NCBI GenBank assembly: GCA_035291345.1
Contig: DATDSF010000038.1
Span: 23,845 to 87,844 of the forward strand
DNA length: 64,000 bases
Origin: Candidatus Nanoarchaeia archaeon
Lineage (GTDB): Archaea > Nanobdellota > Nanobdellia > Pacearchaeales > GW2011-AR1
Reading direction: 5' to 3'
The notes beneath the pieces were generated by a model. That model saw only the letters and a program-made list of their open reading frames with translations. It was not told where the DNA came from and searched no databases. Below are positions 16,832 to 25,604 of this stretch, piece after piece (the stretch's first letter is position 1; every line of letters begins with the position of its first letter). The translations under genes and the position numbers were made by a program.

Positions 16832-16853
16832 TTGTTTGGCTCCTTTTAGTTAT
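16827..16853 (-). repeat. conserved translation-initiation region, copy A (identical to 21286-21312)
   Basis: GCCATTTGTTTGGCTCCTTTTAGT on the plus strand. On the minus strand this reads ACTAAAAGGAGCCAAACAAATGGC, i.e. ribosome-binding site plus start codon of 16385..16831. Confidence 0.7.
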
Positions 16854-16887
16854 TAATTGATTTTTTATTTCTCATTGAAATAAAAAT

Positions 16888-16907
16888 TTGATAAACAAAT
16901 ATAAAGC
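16888..16907 (-). promoter_or_regulatory. conserved promoter-like motif
   Basis: GCTTTATATTTGTTTATCAA upstream of 16385..16831. Confidence 0.5.
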
Positions 16908-16931
16908 TTCTTTCTATTCTGTTCTGCAAAA

Positions 16932-17360
16932 TTAATCTTTATCTCTTAACAAGCTGTGAGTATCAAGAAATTCATTTAATGAAAAAGTACCTTTTTTATG
17001 TTCAACAAACATTGCCCAATATGTTAAAAAGTCTATATCGGGCCTTTGGTTTTTTGAGTCAAAGATTACATTACTAGTACTCCTAAAACAAATTTGGAAT
17101 TCTTTAAATTTTTTCAAGCATTCTGCAGTATTTATAACTAAGCCATTTTCAAGATTTATAAATTTAAAATAAGGAAAAGTTTCACCAACAAGATAATTCT
17201 CAATTGAATCTTCTTTTCCCTCAGGTAAACCAATAAAATAAGATGGTGCTAAATCTTTAACTTTTGAAATCTCAATATTATCCTCAGTAAAAACAAGAAA
17301 TTTAGTCATATTTTTCCTCTGGAAAGGGTATAAATTAAATAAACAAAACATCCTAAACAA
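16932..17360 (-). CDS. hypothetical protein (142 aa)
   Basis: ORF. Promoter-motif copy about 100 nt upstream. Confidence 0.4.
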   Translation of the reverse strand: MFRMFCLFNLYPFQRKNMTKFLVFTEDNIEISKVKDLAPSYFIGLPEGKEDSIENYLVGETFPYFKFINLENGLVINTAECLKKFKEFQICFRSTSNVIFDSKNQRPDIDFLTYWAMFVEHKKGTFSLNEFLDTHSLLRDKD

Positions 17361-17463
17361 AAAAATATAAATAGTGCAAATAAAGGTAGAATTACTTGAA
17401 GCATTAATAATGTAAACATTAGAGGTATTAATCTCATTTAATCCCTTAATTGAATATTTTTAA

Positions 17464-17484
17464 TTGAATTACAAATATAATATC
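17464..17484 (-). promoter_or_regulatory. conserved promoter-like motif
   Basis: GATATTATATTTGTAATTCAA about 100 nt upstream of 16932..17360. Confidence 0.35.
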
Positions 17485-17566
17485 TCTTTGATACTTGAAA
17501 ATATTATATTTTGCTCAATTAATATGTGAGATATAGTTATTTGGATTTTTAAACTATACGTGAAGG

Positions 17567-18019
17567 CTAGATTACTCCAATGATCCTTGCATTTTTCAGA
17601 GTTGCCTCCATAAACCTTTGTACATCTCCTGGATTGACTCCTTGCTTACCAGTACCAATTAAAGGCACAAAGACTTTTTTACCTCTTGCTTCTAGATCAT
17701 CAAAGTTCTTATCTCCCCAAGCTCTTAACCATAAAATTGATTCTTGAATTACAGAGAAGTCAGATTTATTTCTTTGAGTAGACTTACAAGGTAACAGGAT
17801 TATGTTGTGTTCTTTATAATATTGATGAAAATCACCTGATAAAATATCTACATTATATTGAGCTCTAAGTCCTGGATTCTGAGCAAATACTTCTTTCAAA
17901 TAACTTGAAACCTTTAGTGCTTTGCCTTCTGCTTTTTTATTAGGGTCTACACCTAGCACAATAATGTGACCAATTTGATGATATATATATAGTTTTGAAT
18001 CTCTCCATTCCATAATCAT
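17567..18019 (-). CDS. hypothetical protein, weak macro-domain-like motif (150 aa)
   Basis: VFVPLIGTGKQGVNP resembles the macro-domain AISTGxYGxP motif. The N-terminal GGGV motif is not clear. Confidence 0.3.
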   Translation of the reverse strand: MIMEWRDSKLYIYHQIGHIIVLGVDPNKKAEGKALKVSSYLKEVFAQNPGLRAQYNVDILSGDFHQYYKEHNIILLPCKSTQRNKSDFSVIQESILWLRAWGDKNFDDLEARGKKVFVPLIGTGKQGVNPGDVQRFMEATLKNARIIGVI

Positions 18020-18282
18020 CCTTGAAGTTTTTTAGCTTTCTTTTTTAAATATTTCCAATATAAATAAATACCAACATATACATATGATTTATTTATAATA
18101 TTAAGATTCATCTTTTTAATTTGAGACTTAATCCAGAGAATATTACCATGTATGAGTAGTATACCAGTATTAGCACAAACTAATCTATATTCACCGGCAT
18201 CTCTATTAACTTTCTTAAGTCTAAATTTATATCTTTGAGCATCTGCAAAACTGTTTAATGTAATAATATCTTCAATCATCAT
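18016..18282 (-). CDS. hypothetical protein (88 aa)
   Basis: ORF. 4-nt overlap with the neighbouring gene. Confidence 0.35.
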   Translation of the reverse strand: MMIEDIITLNSFADAQRYKFRLKKVNRDAGEYRLVCANTGILLIHGNILWIKSQIKKMNLNIINKSYVYVGIYLYWKYLKKKAKKLQG

Positions 18283-18374
18283 TTCACCAATAGTTCTTTA
18301 TATCTTGACCGAAGAAATGAAATTCTTTATCTGTATTTAATGACTTATCAAGACCTATATAAAGTATTTTCATT

Positions 18375-19784
18375 TTATCCTCTTCCAGTTTTTATACAAT
18401 CTGGTCTAAATCTTTTAAAAATAGGAAATCTTAATGAATGCGTACCTTGTTTGTTAATAGTAATTTCTTGAGAAACTACTTCTATAAATTGACCTATTAA
18501 TTCATCTTTTCTTTTCCAAAAATCATTTCTTTCTTTATCTTCAAACCCTCCTCCACACTTACCAGATATTTTTACTGTTTTCTCTTCAATAGCAATATCT
18601 TCATCGACTAGTGGTATTTCAGCTTCATAGGTAAACCCACCTAATCTATCTTCATTTTTAGTACCTTTTTCACCTAAATAAGCATCTAAAATCTTAACAA
18701 TATATTCACTTTCATTTGTGTTGCCCATTACTTCATCATAGTCTTGAATTTTGAACTTCCACCAAGTTGCTTGTTTTCCTCCTCTCTTTGAACCCGCTGA
18801 ATACATGTACATTGAGTTTGAGTCTTTACAAATGACTCCCTCCTCCCCAACTTCACCTTTCCAATATTCAAAAGACTTAATTACATCATCCATGCTGTTA
18901 ACTTCACCATATGGAAGTGTAACTAAGTGAGGTGCCATTAAAGGTTCTCCATCATCAAATAAGAATTCATTGAGTCTATTTTTTCTATCTTTTAATTTAT
19001 GGGTACATTTTTCTTCTAAAAACTCTTCTAAAGGAAGAATGTCCCATAATTTGAATACTGCCTCATCACATTGTACATCATGAATACGTCTTGCATTATT
19101 CATAATACCATTAAATGTTTTATCTTGAATCTCACCATCTAAAACAACTCCATTTTTATAAAACTCTTTTTCTCTGTCATAAAATGATTCCCATAAAGTT
19201 CTAGTTTCTTGTTCAATTACTTTGAAATTTGTATATGGAATTCCGCTTCTAGCTTTGATTTCAATGTTTCCATCTGGATTAATGAATATGAGAGCCCTTA
19301 CCCCATCAATTTTTGGTTCAATCAAAAGAGGGAATTTAGGTTTTACTTTCTTGAACCTCTCACATAAACCTAATTTAAATTCAGGAATCCAATCAGGCCA
19401 AATATCATTTATAAGACCAATTCCTACACCAATTTTAAGATCTTTCTTTAGGATTTTTTCAAGATATGGTCTAAACTCAAAAGGTAATCCAGTATAAATA
19501 TTTTCCACATGTTCTCTAGCTTGATTACCTGTTATGACTCTGTCATGTAGTGGTTGCAATTGATCCATTAAGTCATCTACAGTGTACAGTAACTTACAAG
19601 CATTAATTTCACTAATTAATACTACTTTTGCTACATAAAACTTAATATATGGATCATATGCAAAACGAAAAATCAATTTAAGATCTTCATCATTTTTATA
19701 AAGATTTATTAAATCTTTCTTTGCATTTGTTGATGATATCTTTGAAAGATCATCAAAGACTAATCCAATTGTTTTTAAATCCAT
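18375..19784 (-). CDS. ATP-dependent DNA ligase
   Basis: Adenylation motif I EPKIDGVRALIF (KxDGxR). The size and downstream motifs fit the ligase nucleotidyltransferase and OB-fold architecture. Confidence 0.75.
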   Translation of the reverse strand: MDLKTIGLVFDDLSKISSTNAKKDLINLYKNDEDLKLIFRFAYDPYIKFYVAKVVLISEINACKLLYTVDDLMDQLQPLHDRVITGNQAREHVENIYTGLPFEFRPYLEKILKKDLKIGVGIGLINDIWPDWIPEFKLGLCERFKKVKPKFPLLIEPKIDGVRALIFINPDGNIEIKARSGIPYTNFKVIEQETRTLWESFYDREKEFYKNGVVLDGEIQDKTFNGIMNNARRIHDVQCDEAVFKLWDILPLEEFLEEKCTHKLKDRKNRLNEFLFDDGEPLMAPHLVTLPYGEVNSMDDVIKSFEYWKGEVGEEGVICKDSNSMYMYSAGSKRGGKQATWWKFKIQDYDEVMGNTNESEYIVKILDAYLGEKGTKNEDRLGGFTYEAEIPLVDEDIAIEEKTVKISGKCGGGFEDKERNDFWKRKDELIGQFIEVVSQEITINKQGTHSLRFPIFKRFRPDCIKTGRG

Positions 19785-20339
19785 TTAGACTCCTATTTTA
19801 GAAGATAAAACTTCTATTGATTTGTTGAATCTATTTAAATGTTGTTTAACTAATTCTTTTTGATTATAAGCTTCTTGAGCTTTTTCAATCTTTAGTCTAA
19901 GATCTAATTTTTTTAATAAAAAGCTAATTATTTGTTCTACAAATAAAGCTGTCTTATTAATATCAACATTATAATATTTATTTGGGATTTTTCTTTCACC
20001 CGAATCTTTATTAATGTACTCAAATAGTTCTCTGGAGCCTTCTAAATTGATATTAAATTCAAACTTAGGCACACATATACCCATACCATCATCAGTTTTA
20101 TTGTCAGTATAGATAGTCCACGAAAAAATTTCTACTCCTTTATAGAAAATATTATACTCACCAATATTCTCTGATATCCATTCTAATTTGATTATATAAT
20201 TATCATTATGTGGACCATAAGATATATTCTTTTTATAATCATCAATCAATAAGCCTAAATTAAAATTAAGCTTACAAAAATCAGGGTACCTTTGATTAAA
20301 TAATCTAGAAATAGGATTATCCAGTTTAAAAGGGTTCAT
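19785..20339 (-). CDS. hypothetical protein (184 aa)
   Basis: ORF. Confidence 0.4.
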   Translation of the reverse strand: MNPFKLDNPISRLFNQRYPDFCKLNFNLGLLIDDYKKNISYGPHNDNYIIKLEWISENIGEYNIFYKGVEIFSWTIYTDNKTDDGMGICVPKFEFNINLEGSRELFEYINKDSGERKIPNKYYNVDINKTALFVEQIISFLLKKLDLRLKIEKAQEAYNQKELVKQHLNRFNKSIEVLSSKIGV

Positions 20340-20641
20340 TTTTGTCTCATATCTGTGACAGCTATTGATATTGATCCATTAGATGAATTAGCAATTACAT
20401 ATATAATTTTTCCAGTTTGAAAATCCATTACACGATATAATTCATCATTAAACTTGCCCGTATTAATTATATGTGTATTTGTAATAGATGCAGAAGTATT
20501 ATGATACCATTCTCTATATTGAAATGTAGTACCAAAGAAAGAAAAGATAACAATAATTATAAATACAATTATTGCAATTTCCATAAATATTTGTTTTCTA
20601 GTTTTCATATATTTTCTCTTTAGGACATTTATAAAAATCAA
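20336..20641 (-). CDS. small membrane protein (101 aa)
   Basis: N-terminal TM helix IAIIVFIIIVIFSFFG. Confidence 0.35.
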   Translation of the reverse strand: MIFINVLKRKYMKTRKQIFMEIAIIVFIIIVIFSFFGTTFQYREWYHNTSASITNTHIINTGKFNDELYRVMDFQTGKIIYVIANSSNGSISIAVTDMRQK

Positions 20642-20930
20642 ATTTAGTTTTCAACTTTTCTACATTACGTAGAATGAAATTCTTAGCATCAATACTACTA
20701 TTAAAAGATATTTTAAGAGTTATATTCCTCTTAGTTATATTTTCATCCTTTACATAGAAATGTATCTTATGCATACCATCATCAGGATGAGATCTAGCAA
20801 AAGTTCTTTGTACTTGTATATACCCTATCTTCAGTCCACCTAATTTAATATCATGAGTCTCAGGTTCAAATGATTTCCATCTACCTATATGTTTAATTTT
20901 TTTAAAAGAGAAATTTTCTTTTTTTGCCAT
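20598..20930 (-). CDS. hypothetical protein (110 aa)
   Basis: ORF. Confidence 0.35.
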   Translation of the reverse strand: MAKKENFSFKKIKHIGRWKSFEPETHDIKLGGLKIGYIQVQRTFARSHPDDGMHKIHFYVKDENITKRNITLKISFNSSIDAKNFILRNVEKLKTKFDFYKCPKEKIYEN

Positions 20931-21032
20931 ATCAATTATTTATTTTTATTCAACAAATATAATTCATCATTAATACAGAAATGCCAGAAAATAAATTCTG
21001 GCATTTCTAGACTAAGAATATTTAGAAGAATA

Positions 21033-21290
21033 TTAAGCTTGAGGTGCAGATGCAATTGTTTCGCGTTTCTCTCTTAAAGCAGCTCTAAGTTCCTTCATGA
21101 ATTTGGTCATTGCAGAACTGCCAGTATTTACTCTTTTGCCTGGAGCTTTCATACCCTTATCAAAAAAGCGAATAATATCTGTTTTCAACTGTTCAGTAAT
21201 TTCATCTAATTTACCACAAAGCAATTCACCTTGTGTTGGATCTACTACTGCAGTTTCTGTTGCAACGGATTCTGTTTTTACTTCTGCCAT
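21033..21290 (-). CDS. abundant small protein candidate (85 aa)
   Basis: Shares an identical 26-bp ribosome-binding site and leader (ACTAAAAGGAGCCAAACAAATGGC) with 16385..16831. Promoter motif upstream. Confidence 0.5.
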   Translation of the reverse strand: MAEVKTESVATETAVVDPTQGELLCGKLDEITEQLKTDIIRFFDKGMKAPGKRVNTGSSAMTKFMKELRAALREKRETIASAPQA

Positions 21291-21312
21291 TTGTTTGGCT
21301 CCTTTTAGTGGT
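21286..21312 (-). repeat. conserved translation-initiation region, copy B
   Basis: Identical 24-26-nt segment in front of 21033..21290. Confidence 0.7.
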
Positions 21313-21328
21313 TGAAATTAATTTATTA

Positions 21329-21350
21329 TTTGAGACAACAAATATATTAC
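21329..21350 (-). promoter_or_regulatory. conserved promoter-like motif
   Basis: GTAATATATTTGTTGTCTCAA upstream of 21033..21290. Confidence 0.45.
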
Positions 21351-21838
21351 ATCTTTTATTTTTTGATGTGAAAAATTTTTAGAACCATACTTTATTGATA
21401 AAATATAAAATGTATCTTATTAGTGAAATAATTGATAATCAAAATATTCTAATAAATAAACTTCTTTCCAATGCGCTCGCCCGTAGTTGCTTTTATATTT
21501 TATATCAGAATGTTAATAATATAAATGTTAAGATCTTGTTTACCATAATTTAATTCAAATTTAATTTAAAAACACCCGTTGAACCGTTGACTTCATTAGT
21601 GAATATGTCATATAACAAGTCAAAAGTAACTTGTGTGTTTTGACTTTTTCTGGCGGTTCAAAAATCAATCTGTAAAAAGTTTAAAACTCTCAATTTGAAG
21701 AACACCGAGTTCGAAAATCCTAATATATTATATATAAATAAGGTTAATAATTTAAAACTAAAATAAGTTAAATAGCTTTTTAGTTAAATATATTGGAATT
21801 TTCCGCAACTCTGAGTATACTTTATTTTATTGAGATTA

Positions 21839-22063
21839 TTAGCCACCAATCTTAAGTAGCTTTCCATCAGATTCAAGATAATTTTCATAGTAGATATCAA
21901 TTATTTCACTGGGAGAATCCTTTACATATATCATCAATCCTACAACTCCGGAGTTTTTATTGATATAACCTCTACCCTCTAATTGGAGTTCGCCTAAAGC
22001 AATTTTTTCTATAAGTTGCTCAACAGGGGTATTGGACGTTATTTTAATCTCTTTCTCATCCAT
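21839..22063 (-). CDS. hypothetical protein (74 aa)
   Basis: ORF. Last minus-strand gene before the strand switch. Confidence 0.35.
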   Translation of the reverse strand: MDEKEIKITSNTPVEQLIEKIALGELQLEGRGYINKNSGVVGLMIYVKDSPSEIIDIYYENYLESDGKLLKIGG

Positions 22064-22299
22064 TAATTAACCTTATCTCTTTTATAGTTTTCAATCATAT
22101 TTGATAGTGTTTCTATACAATCTGTAAAATTATCTTCATTCTCCTGAGATTTTAACCATAAGTTAAATTCTGGATCATTTAGTAGTGAAACTAATTCTTC
22201 AAACAATATCTTATATTCTTCTGGATTCAATTAATTTCGCACCAATGGAGTAACTGATTGTTTAATTTTGTCACATCAATTTTGGAGTAAATTTTCAAT

Positions 22300-23094
22300 A
22301 TGATTAATATAATTTCACCAGAACAATTTACTAGTCTGAGTAATTCAGAGGCTAAACTTTTATTCTACCTCTTTCTTTGTCGCAGCAATATATCCTCACA
22401 ATTTAATTTAAATGTTATTAAGAAATCATTTGATGGTAGCCATCAACAAGTATTTTTTCTATTAAATAAACTTGAAGCAGCAGAACACTTTGAATATAAT
22501 ATTAATAAAAATGAATTAGGTGTTTTATTCCCTTCTGGATTTGTATCTTTTCATGTTGAAGATTGGACAAATGATCAAATTATTGATATGCAATCTACTA
22601 TATTTGAAAATGATTTAACTACTATTGAAGGATTGATAGAGCAAGTATATATACCTCAGAATATATATACTAAAAAACTAGAACAGTTAAGTATACCTGC
22701 TACTTCAAAAATCAAATGCACAACTAAAACAGAGCGTAGAAAACAAAGAAAGAAAGAGCAAGCAGAATTGATGAAAGATCCAAAGTTTATCTTGGCAATT
22801 GATGTAGTTGAATATTTGTATTTAAAATTAAAGGAAAAAAATATAAGAGAAGTATATCTCACTACTAAAGATAGAAATAGTGAGATAAGAAAAATATTTA
22901 CTCTTGTGAAAGCTAATCCTTCTGTATCATTGGAAGAATATCAAAAAGTAGTTGATTATTTTACAAGCCACACAAATTTCTGGCAGAAAGTTATTATTGA
23001 TTGTACTACTCTCCAGAAAAATTTCTTTAAAGGCTTAGTACAGATTAAAGCAGCAAATAGAACTTCTAATTCTCATGGGATTAAATTTTTATGA
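22300..23094 (+). CDS. hypothetical protein (264 aa)
   Basis: First gene of the rightward block. GGAG ribosome-binding site. Confidence 0.45.
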   Translation: MINIISPEQFTSLSNSEAKLLFYLFLCRSNISSQFNLNVIKKSFDGSHQQVFFLLNKLEAAEHFEYNINKNELGVLFPSGFVSFHVEDWTNDQIIDMQSTIFENDLTTIEGLIEQVYIPQNIYTKKLEQLSIPATSKIKCTTKTERRKQRKKEQAELMKDPKFILAIDVVEYLYLKLKEKNIREVYLTTKDRNSEIRKIFTLVKANPSVSLEEYQKVVDYFTSHTNFWQKVIIDCTTLQKNFFKGLVQIKAANRTSNSHGIKFL

Positions 23095-23612
23095 CAGATG
23101 GTCTTAAAAAATATGAAGAAGACTGGAATTTAAGGTACCTTAATTTAACTGATCCATCACTTATTGAATCTTCATTAAGTGAAGCCAGCTTGGAAGCATT
23201 AAATAAAGTAATTAATAGTTTTCCAGATGTAGACCCAAAAATCATATCTTTTACAGGTGATACATTTATTGGAAATTTAATCTATAATTACTTGATTACT
23301 ACCTTTATGGAAAGTAAATTCATACGTACTAAATGCGTAAGAATAACAAATAGTTGGCAGTATGACAGCATAAGAGAATTAAGTCGATCTACATATGATA
23401 TGAGGCTTCTTGACAATTTAGAATTTTCATTATATAATAATATACAAAAAGAAGCATTAAATAATTATATTGAGACTATTTATAATCAGACAAAATTAAT
23501 CATACTAAATGTCCCATCAAGTGAAGATTGGGAATTTGCCCCTAAATCTTTACAGAAATTAATCTCAAACCACTCATTAAACATCCTGATCAAGTCCAAG
23601 GGCACAATATGA
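23091..23612 (+). CDS. hypothetical protein (173 aa)
   Basis: ATGA overlap with the upstream gene. Confidence 0.45.
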   Translation: MTDGLKKYEEDWNLRYLNLTDPSLIESSLSEASLEALNKVINSFPDVDPKIISFTGDTFIGNLIYNYLITTFMESKFIRTKCVRITNSWQYDSIRELSRSTYDMRLLDNLEFSLYNNIQKEALNNYIETIYNQTKLIILNVPSSEDWEFAPKSLQKLISNHSLNILIKSKGTI

Positions 23613-24958
23613 TTGAAGATTTTTTATCCGAGCAATTAGCAGTTGGTTTAATGCTTAATAGCCGAGAAGCTGCATTCAAAGGAATTGGTGAATTAGATGA
23701 TGGAGATTTTGCAAATCCAAATTTTATCGTAGTATTTAGAGCAATTAGAAAAGTTATTGAGCAGCAAAAAGAAGTTGATATATTCTCAGTAAATTCAATG
23801 CTTGAGAATATGGGAAAACCTTTGAGTCTTGAAGAACTATTCAATATTGAAGACAAATTCTATGTTGAAGAGAAGTTTGATTCTATTATTGAGATTTTAC
23901 ATGATAAGAAGAACAGAAGAATTACAGATCAAAAATTAAAAGAAGTATCAAAAAGGCTTAATAATGATAATACTTCTTTTGATACTATTATAAGAGATAT
24001 TGATTCAGTTTTTGATACAAAGACTTATTCATCAAATGTAGTCTCAGGTACAAACTATCTTGAGTTTAGAGCTCAACAGGATAAAGAAAAAAGAGAAAGA
24101 AAATGGATTCTTACAGGCTTTGAAGAAATTGATAATATTTTAACCTATAAAATATCAAGGGGGGAAATATCAGTAATTGCTGCAAGACCCTCAAATGGTA
24201 AATCTGCCCTAAAAACTAATCTAATTAAAAATATGTGTGAGCAAGGAGTAGGTGTAGTAAACTATGCTCTTGAGCAAACAATGGAAGTTGAATCTGATAG
24301 ACTAGAATCTTTAGTCAGTGGGATACCTGGTCAATTTATTGTAGATTGCCACATATGGGAAGATACAGATTTTAGAAAGATAAAATTAATGGAAGCAAGA
24401 GAAAAGATTGCTACTTGGAATTACCATTTAATTGAAGGTATAAGTAAATCTCTCGCTGAGATAAAAAGTGAATTAAGAATGCTAAAGAGAAAAGGTATTG
24501 AAATTGCATTCTTTGATTTATTTGATAGAATAAAAGATGTTGTAAATAGTACATCAAATAAAGCTCAACAAGTAACAAAGTGTTTAACTGAGATGCTTGC
24601 TATTGCAAAAGAATTAAATATACATATTTGTGTTATAGTACAATTAAATAGAGATCTTACTAAAAGAAAGAGTATGATTCCACAACTATCTGATTTAAAA
24701 GATTCTGGAGCATATGAAGAAGTTGCAAGAACAGTATTCTTTTTACATTATCCAAAAGCTCATGATAGAAAATTAGTAGAATCAAACATTACATGGATCA
24801 TTGCAAAACAAAATAATGGGCCATTATTTGAGATGGATATTCCTTTCCAAGAAGACATAGGAAAATTTATTTCAAAAGATCCAAGTAATCAAGGTATTAA
24901 GAAAAAAGGTCTAAGTCAACCATCTTCTAATATTGAGACTCAAAATGATAGAAAATGA
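23609..24958 (+). CDS. DnaB-like replicative DNA helicase
   Basis: Walker A IAARPSNGKSAL (DnaB ARPSMGKT). H4-like IVQLNRDL. About 450 aa. Confidence 0.75.
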   Translation: MIEDFLSEQLAVGLMLNSREAAFKGIGELDDGDFANPNFIVVFRAIRKVIEQQKEVDIFSVNSMLENMGKPLSLEELFNIEDKFYVEEKFDSIIEILHDKKNRRITDQKLKEVSKRLNNDNTSFDTIIRDIDSVFDTKTYSSNVVSGTNYLEFRAQQDKEKRERKWILTGFEEIDNILTYKISRGEISVIAARPSNGKSALKTNLIKNMCEQGVGVVNYALEQTMEVESDRLESLVSGIPGQFIVDCHIWEDTDFRKIKLMEAREKIATWNYHLIEGISKSLAEIKSELRMLKRKGIEIAFFDLFDRIKDVVNSTSNKAQQVTKCLTEMLAIAKELNIHICVIVQLNRDLTKRKSMIPQLSDLKDSGAYEEVARTVFFLHYPKAHDRKLVESNITWIIAKQNNGPLFEMDIPFQEDIGKFISKDPSNQGIKKKGLSQPSSNIETQNDRK

Positions 24959-25604
24959 GGAATTAGTTAAATTTTGTGCAAAATATCAAGAAGGTAAAGT
25001 AACTGATAAAGAATTATGTTACTACTTTTATAAACTAAAAAGATCTTGGTATTTAAAGTATTATGAGGATAAATCAGGAATATTATTAAAAGAAGATTTT
25101 GAATCTATTGCCTATTTTGGTTATATAAAAGCATTAAAAACATATAATCCATTAAAAAATAACTCTCCACACGCATGGATATATATGCTTGTAAAACAAG
25201 CAGTGGTTAAAGAAATTATTTCAATTTTTAAAAAATCAGGTATGGTTATAAATTCTCATATGGACCCAAATTTAGAAATTGAAAATTATGATATTGAGAT
25301 TGAAGTTCCAATGGATTTTGATATTAGGGTTTATGTATCAGATGGTACACTTATAAAATTTATAAAAGAAATACAAGGAGTTTTTAGAGGGAAGTCTGGT
25401 CAAAAAATTGGTAATATCTTTCAATTAAAACTTATGTTTCCAAACATGAAAAGAGAAACTATCGCAAAAATCATTGGTTATAGTAGACGAAATGGTATTG
25501 CAAAACCTATGAAAAAGATAAGAGCAATGTTTCATAATGTTGATATTAATACTTCTTCTATAAATTCTAAATTTATAGATTATATCACTAAGTCATTATC
25601 ATGA
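24945..25604 (+). CDS. sigma-70-family sigma factor (regions 2 and 4)
   Basis: EDFESIAYFGYIKALKTYNP...SPHAWIYMLVKQAVVKEI aligns to sigma region 2.1-2.4 (DLIQEGNIGLMKAVDKFDP...FSTYATWWIRQAI). C-terminal HTH RETIAKIIGYSRRNGIAKPMKKIRAMF corresponds to region 4. Start set at the in-frame ATG at 24945. Confidence 0.55.
   Translation: MIENEELVKFCAKYQEGKVTDKELCYYFYKLKRSWYLKYYEDKSGILLKEDFESIAYFGYIKALKTYNPLKNNSPHAWIYMLVKQAVVKEIISIFKKSGMVINSHMDPNLEIENYDIEIEVPMDFDIRVYVSDGTLIKFIKEIQGVFRGKSGQKIGNIFQLKLMFPNMKRETIAKIIGYSRRNGIAKPMKKIRAMFHNVDINTSSINSKFIDYITKSLS

Noticed and set aside
17567-18019. Calling 17567-18019 a macro-domain (ADP-ribose-binding) protein.
   Set aside because: Only one short motif (LIGTGKQGV) resembles the family, and the N-terminal GGGV-type motif is missing. 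It is kept as hypothetical with a low-confidence note.
22656-22862. Minus-strand ORFs inside the plus-strand block (22656-22862, 23590-23856, 26746-26928, 27606-27830, 28356-28625, 28977-29174, 30684-30869, 30866-31087, 32845-33042, 37447-37737, 39540-39758, 41953-42168, 42484-42687, 47254-47457, 49280-49540, 52468-52881, 53296-53532, 54394-54597, 54846-55037, 55081-55269, 56464-56661).
   Set aside because: They are antisense overlaps of well-supported plus-strand genes and are likely spurious.
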